Assembly: GCA_020137815.1 (NCBI GenBank)
Contig: CM035358.1
Location: 2,542,001-2,606,000, forward strand
Origin: Hormiphora californensis
Lineage: Eukaryota > Animalia > Ctenophora
Reading direction: 5' to 3'
Length of the DNA: 64,000 nt
The notes under the pieces are model-generated. The model saw only the letters and a list, made by a program, of their open reading frames with translations, had not been told where the DNA came from and ran no database searches. The position numbers and the translations under genes were made by a program. Positions 51,500-62,747 of the stretch are shown here, piece by piece (positions within the stretch are counted from its first letter, which is position 1; every line of letters starts with the position of its first letter).

Positions 51500-52828
51500 T
51501 TATTGGCTGTCCTCGACTCCACGTCGTCGTCGTCGCCTGTCCTCGACTCCACGTCGCCTGTCCTCGACTCCACGTCGTCGTCGTCGCCTGTCCTCGACTC
51601 CACGTCGCCTGTCCTCGACTCCACGTCGTCGTCGTCGCCTGTCCTCGACTCCACGTCGCCTGTCCTCGACTCCACGTCGTCGTCGTCGCCTGTCCTCGAC
51701 TCCACGTCGCCTTTCCTCGACTCCACGTCGTCGTCGTCGCCTGTCCTCGACTCCACGTCGCCTGTCCTCGACTCCACGTCGTCGTCGTCGCCTGTCCTCA
51801 ACTCCACGTCGCCTGTCCTCAACTCCACGTCGTCGTCGCCTGTCCTCGACTCCACGTCGTCGTCGCCTGTCCTCGACTCCACGTCGTCGTCGTCGCCTGT
51901 CCTCGACTCCACGTTGCCTGTCCTCGACTCCACGTCGCCTGTCCTCGACTCCACGTCGTCGTCGTCGCCTGTCCTCGACTCCACGTCGCCTGTCCTCGAC
52001 TCCACGTCGTCGTCGTCGCCTGTCCTCAACTCCACGTCGCCTGTCCTCGACTCCACGTCGCCTGTCCTCGACTCCACGTCGTCGTCGCCTGTCCTCGACT
52101 CCACGTCGTCGTCGTCGCCTGTCCTCGACTCCACGTCGCCTGTCCTCGACACCACGTCGTCGTCGTCGCCTGTCCTCGACTCCACGTCGCCTGTCCTCGA
52201 CTCCACGTCGTCGTCGCCTGTCCTCGACTCCACGTCGTCGTCGCCTGTCCTCGACTCCACGTCGTCGTCGTCGCCTGTCCTCGACTCCACGTCGCCTGTC
52301 CTCGACTCCACGTCGTCGTCGTCGCCTGTCCTCGACTCCACGTCGCCTGTCCTCGACTCCACGTCGTCGTCGTCGCCTGTCCTCAACTCCACGTCGCCTG
52401 TCCTCGACTCCACGTCGCCTGTCCTCGACTCCACGTCGTCGTCGCCTGTCCTCGACTCCACGTCGTCGTCGTCGCCTGTCCTCGACTCCACGTCGCCTGT
52501 CCTCGACTCCACGTCGTCGTCGTCGCCTGTCCTCGACTCCACGTCGCCTGTCCTCGACTCCACGTCGCCTGTCCTCAACTCCACGTCGTCGTCGCCTGTC
52601 CTCGACTCCACGTCGTCGTCGTCGCCTGTCCTCGACTCCACGTCGCCTGTCCTCGACTCCACGTCGTCCTCGCATGTCCTCAACTCCACGTCGCCTGTCC
52701 TCGACTCCACGTCGCCTGTCTTCTACAGCACGTTTCCCATCTTCTACTCCACGTCGCCTGTCCTCAGTCTCGGCAAATACCAATGTCACTGCCAAAACGG
52801 CCACGAGGATGAATAGGAATCCCTTCAT
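51500..52828 (-). CDS. Secreted tandem-repeat protein / candidate peptide precursor: signal peptide + 50 x [R3/R5/R6-GVED]
   Basis: MKGFLFILVAVLAVTLVFA signal peptide; acceptor TTTCCCTTGTAG 6 nt upstream of the ATG; 442-aa frame; in the homogeneous part of the array, variants are mostly synonymous or conservative in this frame; AATAAA overlaps the stop codon. Confidence 0.85.
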   Translation of the reverse strand: MKGFLFILVAVLAVTLVFAETEDRRRGVEDGKRAVEDRRRGVEDRRRGVEDMRGRRGVEDRRRGVEDRRRRRRGVEDRRRRRGVEDRRRGVEDRRRGVEDRRRRRRGVEDRRRGVEDRRRRRRGVEDRRRRRGVEDRRRGVEDRRRGVEDRRRRRRGVEDRRRGVEDRRRRRRGVEDRRRGVEDRRRRRRGVEDRRRRRGVEDRRRRRGVEDRRRGVEDRRRRRRGVEDRRRGVEDRRRRRRGVEDRRRRRGVEDRRRGVEDRRRGVEDRRRRRRGVEDRRRGVEDRRRRRRGVEDRRRGVEDRQRGVEDRRRRRRGVEDRRRRRGVEDRRRRRGVEDRRRGVEDRRRRRRGVEDRRRGVEDRRRRRRGVEERRRGVEDRRRRRRGVEDRRRGVEDRRRRRRGVEDRRRGVEDRRRRRRGVEDRRRGVEDRRRRRRGVEDSQ

Positions 52829-53214
52829 CCTGACCTACAAGGGAAATAAATGTTCAAGGTTGCATTCAACGGTAACAATCATAGTAAATTTGAAAAGTAT
52901 AATATTGTGTTGATGCAATTATTTATCACGTAGGAGCTGGTTATAACTGTTGCGTTTTTAATCAACCAAATTAAATCAGCAAATTATTGGTATGCATATG
53001 GTATGGTAATTGATACACATACACCTCAGCTTAGAACCATCAACATTCAACAGTGAAAAAAGGTGCAGAGGGCCGGGAGCTAACCCACGAACTGAGCTCA
53101 TCACCATTCAATAACTTTATTATGTGAAAGTCCCGGAAAAAAGTCTCCTCGATCAAAGATCTTTCGTCCGATACTTAGCTTATATCATTACATACCCAAG
53201 TTGTGTTATATGAC

Positions 53215-53300
<86 letters not shown>

Positions 53301-54186
53301 GGAGGGGGACAGAGAGAGAGTGTGTTGGCCATGTACATCCATCATCTTCCCTTACCTCTCCCACACGACGTGTTACATCGCAGAGGCAAATCGTTGTTTT
53401 ATCGAACAAAGCAAGCAAATCGAACAAGGCAAGCAAATCGTTACTTATCCAGACATGAGATAAGCTAACCATTAACCAAGCTGCAATCCCTTTTCTCAAC
53501 CCCGTTCCAGCCAGTTGATCACTCCTTCTTGTCTACTTCCTCTTTATTCTCCATTTCCCTTGCCCCCAGCTATAACAGTCCCCTGTCACCTCTCCTCTCA
53601 AGTCATATTGGTCCCCTCTCCTGCTATCCTTGCCTGCTATCTTGTTCCGCCTACCATGGTTCCAGTCACACTTAGTTCACTTTACAGTTAGCCCTCTCCC
53701 TTTATCCTCTCTCCCTCTACCTCTTCACCTCCCTTTACTCGTTCTTACCTCCACTAGATCTATTAAACCCAAGACGACAGACGCATTGGCAGACGTCACT
53801 CGACCAGTGGGCACCAAGCCAGTGGGCATCCAGGACAAGGCACTTTGGCGCATACACCATTCTGATTCCTGACTGAATACTAACGAAGTGTCTGTACGGT
53901 GTGGCGGTCCGGGTTTTTGTGTATATGTCTCAGTTGTGTAGAGGAACTCAGATAATAAACGGTTGCGACTAGGACTTCAACCAGACTTTTTTGCCAAAGC
54001 TAGGGTAATAAAGCGGCACCCCGCCACCGAGCGGTGTTTGAATAGTCATGTCGACTATTCACGCTGCTCACCCGTTATATGCAAGGGGCGGGGGTTTATT
54101 TGTACCTAGCTAGAAAATTATTACCCACTCACTGTACCATATTATATATGATAGTCAGTAGCAAACTGTTACAAGAGAGAGAGAGC

Positions 54187-54238
<52 letters not shown>

Positions 54239-54893
54239 GAGAGAGAGAAACAGAGAGAGAGAAAGAAACAGAGAGAGAGAAAGAGAGAGAGATAATATCA
54301 TCTCCACAGAGAGGCCTCTCACTCCCATAAACCAGTCGGCAGTCAGCCCATCAAATCGCACCCTCTTTTCACCTGTTTCAATCCCTCCGTCTGCCACTAT
54401 ATCAGCTGAGATAATGTGGATGTAGTTGGGTAGTTCCCAACTGTTTCAGTAGATTTTTCCGAGTAAACGGCCCTATATTCTATAAATCATCCGAGTTACA
54501 ACTCTACCAGTGCAGGTCCAGTAAATTATAGAAACCTGAAACAGTTTTTCTCTCTCTCTCTCTCTCTCTCTCAGCTCTCTCTCACTCTCTCGATTCGTGC
54601 ACCGGTCCCTGCTGTTGCGCCGTTGCGGGAGTACCTCATCGGCAGCCGCATATCAAGGGGGGCTATAATTATAAGTAGTACGGCACGTTCTAACTGCACT
54701 TTAGCACGTGGTAATCAATGTTGAGTTATTTTCGAATCATTCTTTTCTCCACCAGATTTACACCTGTAGCCTATAATGAGTTGTTGAATCTTAGGGCGGG
54801 GCAAATTGGGCATCGCAGCACCCGCGGCGGGGACACGTGGTTAGCGAGCTTAACCAGCTCTGACGCGTATAATACTTGGATCCACTGAAGTGA

Positions 54894-54963
<70 letters not shown>

Positions 54964-56585
54964 CGATTAGATAGATAGAGAGAAAGAGAGAAAGAGAATT
55001 GGCCACGTGTTACAACTTGAAAAACTTTGTTACCTGGACAACCCTGCATCACTAACCAACAACTATATATCATCCAACGTCCATTCATAACCTCTCACAA
55101 CCTCTCACTTGCGCATGAACCAATTACTAGTGTGCTAATTGTAGATTAACTACCCTCATTAGACACTGGGATGATATATGGGAAGCCAATGAAAGTTTTC
55201 CAGTGGTTGGTTGTAGCAAGATAATTCCGTATCACTCAGCCCTCCAAAAATATATTTTGTTTAGGGGTCTATTTTTTTGACAAATATTTTCCACTATTTG
55301 TTTCAATAGACTTGCACCAGCTGTTTATATATTCTGCAACCTCGCCTTATAACACTGTGTTTCAACCTCAATTTGTCTGAGCTATTAAAACATCAACAGT
55401 GTCTAAGAATATAGCGTAGGTATAGTTTCAATTTCCAATTATAGTTAGTTGAACATTTACAGTGCGCTCAGATGAGGTCTGCGGCGCCAGACAGCTCTTT
55501 TATTAACTTGATCTTATCCTGGATACAATAGTTACCTCATATAATCAACCTTACCTTATTTTTTGTACCTACCCACTATAACTAGTTTCTGCAAGCCAAA
55601 TATTATAATAGTACGGTTCTATTGGTTCCGGAAGAGCTCATATATTGCCTAGCTAGACTGTACGTGCACCGCCCCCGAAACAAATTTGTAAAGGGAGGGT
55701 TAGAACATAACTCATTAACTCGTATTATATGTATTGAGAGTCATATATGACGGAGACCTCGACAAGTTGCAGATTAAGGAATTGAAGCTTAGCAATCCTA
55801 AAAGTAAAACTGAAACCACATACTCATAGAATCATTCAAATTCATTCAAATGTTTCAGTCAATTAACAACTTTAATTTTAATTGAGCGGTTTATTTGGTG
55901 TGGCTTCTGTAGCCGCATCAGATCCCGTTACTTCTCAGACCCTTCCCCCTTTGCTCTGCCGAACCCTGTCTGGTGCCGCGGACCCCATCTGAGCGCACTA
56001 TCGCACGCTAAATTTCAGAATCAAATCGGGGTCTGGCGGTCTGAAATAAAATGCAGTCATGTGGTCTCTAATAAAAGGGTAATTCTTGAACAGTTTAGTA
56101 GTCATTCACCGCATAAGGTACAATTGGCCATGTACAGTCGGACCCCGATTTACCTGGATGCTCGGAGAAAAGGGTCCTACTGTAATATTACAAGAATCAG
56201 AGCTCCTAAATGTAACACCGGCCTCTATTTATCAGCAAGGCTCATTCATTATACCAGCTGAATGATTCAGTAGTCGCTGCCTAGAGCGCTCCTCAGCCAG
56301 CTTTAAACTCAACCGGTGTCCACACATAATCCTGAGCACATAAATACTCGCACTACTTGTTGTTATGCAACGAATATTTACGTACTTAGGGCGTGCAATT
56401 GATTCATCAGCCTACAATCCCCCCGCCTACAATGTTTTATTTTCTTTGCTGCTAATATACTAAGATTCTGCTGGTATTTGGGGTGTTTTCAAAGGTCACC
56501 ATTTGTGACTCACGGATCGTTAGTACAATGACGTATAGGCCACATGGGACTTGGGAGCTATTATATTCTGTAATTTTGTCTAGTA

Positions 56586-57026
56586 CTGTAAAACTAGAAA
56601 TTTTCGTGAGATTTTTATTTTCGCTCTTTATTTTTGGCTGGAAAATCCGCGAAAATTAATTCCGCGAAAATATTTTGGACGATTTTTTTACAGAAAATAA
56701 TGGTCATGTGACCACTGCTCTTATACGTGGCAAGGGATTCAGTAGGAGTTGTAAGCCAATGAGATGTGAGCCTTTTCTGTCTCATCCCTGATTGGCTATC
56801 TCTTAGAGCCAATCAGCAATGAGAAAATGCTCACATTTCATTGGTCTACGCCAAGCAGGTCTGGTGTCTCATGGCAATGACGACTGCACTCTTGGCGTAA
56901 TTAGACAATAGACTAGGACCGTGAAATGGGGGTAGCAGTGGGATTAGCGAAAATTAAAATCGCGAAAATAGTAAATTTTGATCGAATCGCGAAAATTAAT
57001 TGCCTCGAAAATATCTAGTTTTACAG
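56586..57026. mobile_element. TA-flanked MITE
   Basis: TA|CTGTAAAACTAGA...TCTAGTTTTACAG|TA; internal TCGCGAAAAT-type subrepeats. Confidence 0.75.
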
Positions 57027-57128
57027 TAGTTAAGTTAGTTGCAAAGAATTCCAAGTTCATTTCTCTAGCGATTAATTTCACCACATGGGAGCTATTATAT
57101 TCTGTAATTTTGTCTAGTAGAATTGTTA

Positions 57129-57529
57129 GGGCGCGCACAGACTGTCCATGCGTGATCATGTCCATTATTTTGACCAAGTCGCCAGCGTATCAAAATTAGT
57201 CGGGTTCAGTGGTTTTCGATATGTTATGAATTAGTTTCAGTTTTTACTCTTCAAGCTTGGTCAAACTCAAATGACCAAGTCGCACAGACTTTCAAAAATT
57301 GGTCATTTGACCAAGCTTGGAGAGTAAAAACTGAAACTAATTCATAACATATCGAAAACCACTGAACCCGACTAATTTTGATACGCTGGCGACTTGGTCA
57401 AAATAATGGACATGATCACGCACTGTCAGGCCAATGCTCTGACCACAGTTCTCACGCGCTCCGAGAGAAATGAGAATAGGGTCAGGCCAATGCTCTGACA
57501 GATCACGCATGGACAGTCTGTGCACGCCC
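57129..57529. mobile_element. Palindromic MITE (PIF/Harbinger-like) with a nested ~77-bp insertion
   Basis: TTA|GGGCGCGCACAGACTGTCCATGCGTGATC...GATCACGCATGGACAGTCTGTGCACGCCC|TTA; right arm interrupted at ~57424-57500 by the GTCAGGCCAATGCTCTGAC repeat. Confidence 0.75.
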
Positions 57530-57615
57530 TTAGTTGCAAAGAATTCCAAGTTCATTTCTCTAGCGATTAATTTCACCACTCCTTTCTCTCTACAGCAGCA
57601 GATTAAGACACCACC

Positions 57616-60402
57616 ATGACCGTTATACCGGATCAGGGAGATACGATACCGAGATCCAAGAAGACTTGGGCACTCTTTCTAATTGGACTGTGCTGTTTTA
57701 CAACGAACATGTGTTTTAGTGCACGGGACGGGTATTTAGGTATCTTCGCTAAGGAGGAAGATATATCGGGTAAATAACACATAGTAGCTGGGATCCAAAA
57801 TATATCGGGTAAATAACTGATAGCAGAGAAATTATACGACTCTTTCTGAAAGGTGTATGCCTGGATGCCAAAATTGAGACATTTACTTGTACATGGAGCT
57901 TGCTTTGATCTACCGATCCCTCATCTAGATCACCATCTAGATCAGTGCGGTGTGATGCAGCCACACAAAGGGTGGTATATGGCTCTACAAGTTATAGATC
58001 AAATAGCAGGGTGCCACTTGTACATTGTTATATTGAAGGGACTGTATATTGAGGCATTTCCTTGTAGCATACCGGCTTGCTTTATAGTTGTTATTATAAC
58101 AGTATAACACCGATTCACGTATAGCAAGGACATTGAATAGCCGGGACTCTAAATTGAGGCATTTACTTATAGAGCGAGCTTGCTTTATATTGTATTAATT
58201 AATATATTGCTTCAAAGAGACAATATGCTTAACGCGGCACTGCCACTGCTGACTGCAACTCTGAGGGCAGAAAAACCACAAAAGGTAGCCACACACCCTC
58301 ACCACGGAAAGCTCAACTGCTTCCACCTCCCGCTACACCATATACTGCCCGACCTGCGAAGCAGGGAGGGTGGTATATGGTATAAAACCCGACCAAAGGG
58401 AGGGGTTTATACTTTTAAAAGCAAGGATTTATTGATTATAAGTTTTATAGCGGCAAAAACATCCATGCGTTTTATAGCGGGCGGGCCGGTATATCAGACA
58501 AATTTTCACCCGCTGATATTTATACATCGGGTAAGCTGCATGGTAGTACTCCAGGCCCTGTCTGGCGCCGCGACCCATCTTGAGAATCAAATGGGGTATG
58601 GCGCCGCCATACAGTCCAGGCCAGGCTCTTTTCTTAATTCCCAATTTATATTTCTAATTGAGGGGGAAACTGTCACTATTACAATTTTACCCGCAATTTC
58701 AGGTTTTGTGTACGGCCTATTCAAAGCCAACTACATTGTGGGCTACATGCTCATGGGAATACTTAACAAATGGCTTCTGAAGGTCTGCAGCGCCAGGTTT
58801 GTGTTACTTTCTCGTGGTTTTTGATCCGTCTGTAAGGGATACAGAACAACTATTATCGCTGAATACGACACAGTCAGGTCATATCTGACCACGGTTCTTG
58901 CGCATGAAAGAAATGAGAATAGGGTCAGGCCAATGTACTGACAGTATGACACAGTTAGCACTGATCTACCGAACCCTCACAGAGCGCGGTGTGAGCCACA
59001 CAAAATTAACACGAGTCACGATGTTTCACAAAGCGATGATCCCTCCTTGTTGAGTAAGTTACCCCTTAACAAATCCCTCCACAGGACAATCATACTGGTT
59101 GGTTTGTTCGGCCACGGAGTGTGCCTCTTTCTCGCTGCCATTGTTTACGAGTTGTTATTGGATGGAACAGATCACCTTCACGCGGACACGAAAGCTCTGT
59201 TTGAGTTCCTCACTTGCTTCCTTCAGGTTGGTGATATCGCTGTCATGGCAATGGTTGGTGATATTGTAATTTCTTTACATAATCCCGGAATGTGCTGTGT
59301 AGACCTATAGTCTACACATGGGCACACGGACACCTAGTGAGCGAGATCTTAGTGTCACTGACACCTGTTCGAACAGGTGTCAGTGACTGATCAGTCCGTC
59401 AGTGGTACCAAATTCCATACCTGACCGTACTCCCCTCCGCAGGCTATCCAGGGCGGTCTGATGAGCTCTGTAACCCTCTCCTCCCTGTCCCTGGGGACAT
59501 CCTACTGCAAAGACCAGATGGGTATCGTTAACGGGACATACTACCTAGGAGCAGTCATCCCCCATGGCATCGTGCCAGTTATTGCTAATGCCATCTTTAT
59601 GAGACTGGGCTACTCCGCACCCCTCTTTCTCTTTAGTATCGTTGCAATGGTACTGTCCTGTCTGGCGTGGGGCATCTTTGTCATCCAACAGTTTGATTTC
59701 TCCCTTGAGAAAGAGGATGAAAGTGGATCAATTGGAAAAATGCCAAAAAGGTGTCTCATCCCGTTAGTCCAATCTTACATCCTAACCGCCTACCTGAGCT
59801 ACCTCCAACTAGCCCTACCTCTGTATGCCAACAGCACCCTAGGCTTTAGTGTCGTCATGTCCAGTACGACCCTATTTGGTTTGATGATGTCCATTGCAAT
59901 AGTCAACATCCTCACCACATTCCTGTTGGGCACGCCCAAGAAGATTCTCCACATTCTCCTGGTATGCTGCGTCATTGACACCGTCGCTGCCTTCCTTCTC
60001 TTCCCTCCCTCCGGTGCACCTGAGACCTGGATATCCGCATCCCGGTACTACATGTACCCCCTGTTATTCGCTATTGGGATGTCTGACGCGTTCAGTACCA
60101 TCAACACTACCCCGGCAATGGAGGCTCTTTTCATGACAACAAGAGCGAAACCACCCAGCCCAAGCCAGCAGCACACAATGTCCTCTCTTTGGATCGCAGG
60201 AAATGGGCTGAGTTATGCCATTGGTGCCTACTTAGGAGGGTTCTTTGACCAGCTTTTCCACGAGGATTTCGGGAGAGCTGGAGTGTTTTGGGGCTCCATG
60301 GCTTGTGTATGTGTGGTATCTCTGGCTATCCCCCTGTACATGTATGAGAATACTAAGGATGAACAGTACAGACTGGTAGATGAGACTGAGAGTGATACGT
60401 AA
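57616..60402 (+). CDS. Major facilitator superfamily transporter (SLC18B1-like by inference)
   Basis: Phase-consistent exons 57616-57769, 58703-58796, 59085-59226 and 59443-60402; about 12 hydrophobic segments with a central loop; GLSYAIGAYLGG helix typical of the MFS C-half. Confidence 0.8.
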
Positions 60403-62573
60403 CCGTGAATTATCAATAGATAATCTATTATAGATTCAGGCCCTGAAACAGTATGATATTGTATTTCGTCTTATTATTTTAACAATCAATTATTATCAGA
60501 ATTTAATTTTCTTTTAACCGCATAAATTCTTGTGTGTTTTTCCTTTGACCGAACAGTCTCCTATATAGTCAGATCGGGTGTAGCCCCTATCTGGCCAGTT
60601 CCAGATGGCAGGAGCCACGGGACGTTACTACGGTGAAATTCGTCCTGATTGAGAAGCAATGAAAACCTGATGTCAATAGTTGTATGGTATGATACCTAGA
60701 TGGAACGTGCCCTTAACAGCAAGTTCGTCTTCATGCATTTCTCACTTCGGTTTGTGGTATTTAATAAGCAGTACACTGTGAAGTGTCATTTACAGGGCTG
60801 CTAACTTGTGAGTGTGTGTGAGTTTGGTGTTATACATACAGTATATGCATCGTCTATGTAATGCAGCTCGACAAAGAGAGAGAGAAAGAGAGAGAAAGAG
60901 TCTGTTTATTGTGTGAGGAACACATATTAAGCTTCTCTCACTCAGTCACTCTCCCATCTTCGTCCTGTTTCACGCTACAACTCCATCTGTGATTCTCCAT
61001 CCCAATCTGTTGATATTCGCAGTTCCCATCACTTGTGTGTGTGTGTGTGTGTGGCTCTAGGTTATAGCGTACCAAACTCTGCCGCACGACAGAACGGTGT
61101 TGCAACCTGTCATAAAGTCTGTGGTCTGTATGAAAGATAGTAGCTAAAATATCACGCTCAAAATTACACCAAAATCAAACAAAATTTCTCTGATATTCTA
61201 ACTGTTTGTGGTCTGTATTCGGGCACTCTCACACAAGCTTTTTGTCTTGTCAGCTTCTGAGTCTGGAACTATCATCACTTGTGTCTTATCCATCTATCTA
61301 TATTGTGTCTTATCTATCTATCTATATCTATATGATCCGATCTGAGCGCACTGCCGTATATGCTTGAGAACTGGCGCCGCCAGGCAGGTAATCGAACTTA
61401 TTGTAGTAAAAGGACTGGCGACATTCCTTCGTAATCTCTGCAGAGATCTCCACATGTGAACCCTTATCTCTCTGACAATTTATCTGACATCCCTCTCTCC
61501 CCCTCCCTTCCTATCTATCTCTCCCATCTATCTCCCATCTCTCTCCCATATATCTCCTCTTCTGTGGAATCTGTCTCTCTGCGTCCTCACTGGAGTCTCC
61601 TATCTTAGGACTCTTTTGACCTCCCTGCGTGTCAGACAGTGCCGCGGATACCACAACAGTGTCAAGGGAGAGAAAGGGAGTCAGGAGTGAGAGAGAGAGA
61701 GTATGAGAGAGAGAGAGAGAGATAAAGATAGGAATGAGTGAGAGAAAGGAGAGATGCTTTCAGTTTTGTTTGGAGAGAGTTTGGAGGCGGGTGTCGCGTT
61801 ACAGCAGTAACTGACATACCCCTAAATCTCTCTCTCCCCTCTCTCTCCCCTCTCTCTCTCTTATTTTCCGAAAGGAGTTCAGTGTGCGTTGCCATTCATT
61901 TTACATTCGTAACCCATCGTCCAAGCAAAGCTTTTTTAATCATCATTCAGTATTCACTGCCAACTGCCAAGTGCAATTGTTTTGTTGCTTGTACAAAGAT
62001 CGATCATCGATCGAAGCCTTCGTAGCTCTGTTCATGAATATATTCGTTACATTCACAAATCAGCGATCCCAAATGATTCCGTGTGTTGGCTCAGTGTAAC
62101 AGATCACGCCTTCCCGTAGTAGCCCACATTGAAAAGTAAATATTAGTATGTTCTACTCAGCAGCCTGTTTCACTAACTCTTTTTTTACTTTTTCATCCCC
62201 CCGCATTATATTTTCTAACATCATCTTACTTAAACTCTCGCTCTATCTTTCTCTATTTCTCTCCATCTCTCTCTTTCTCTGATCCATCTCTCTTTCTTTT
62301 TCTCCTTTACTTCATCGCTATCTTTACACTCTGAGCTTCTCTTTGTACTACCTATTACCCGATCTTTGTTGTGATCGATCCATCTTTCTCTATCTTTCTT
62401 TATCTTTCTCTCCTATATCTTACGCTATCTTTTTCTGATCATCAGAAATCCATTTTTGTTCGATTTGGCTTTTCTACATCTCTCCTTGATTTCTCATTGT
62501 GCATCTCTCAGTAGTATCTTTGTTGAAAAGTGTATGGAATGTAGTTCGAGAGGGGTGAGGACCAGGCGACTGT

Positions 62574-62616
62574 ATGCAGTGCACCAAGTGTGTCGTCATC
62601 GGTGATGGATTCGTTG
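62574..62616 (+). CDS. First coding exon of a Rho-family (Rac/Cdc42-like) small GTPase; remainder lies beyond the window
   Basis: MQCTKCVVIGDGFVG|gtaagg vs Rac MQAIKCVVVGDGAVGK; in-frame stop upstream of the ATG; strong donor site. Confidence 0.75.
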
Positions 62617-62747
62617 GTAAGGAATACATTTTGCAGTGTTCTCTGTACTTTGTAGTATTCCGAGTCGGAATTTCCGACTCTTGACTCTTGTTGATTCGGT
62701 ATTCACGGCGTGCCTGGTGAAATTTTAACACGACCTAGCATGCGACG

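Noticed and set aside
51463-52913. Four alternative long ORFs over the repeat (VESRTGDDD, LSSTPRRR, ACPRLHVV, SPVLDST)
   Set aside because: They are by-products of a stop-free repeat with unit lengths divisible by 3, and have no signal peptide or adjacent splice/ATG context
58180-58702. 214-aa ORF as a single exon
   Set aside because: Only 58703-58796 fits the MFS splice model; the upstream part includes a dispersed repeat and looks intronic
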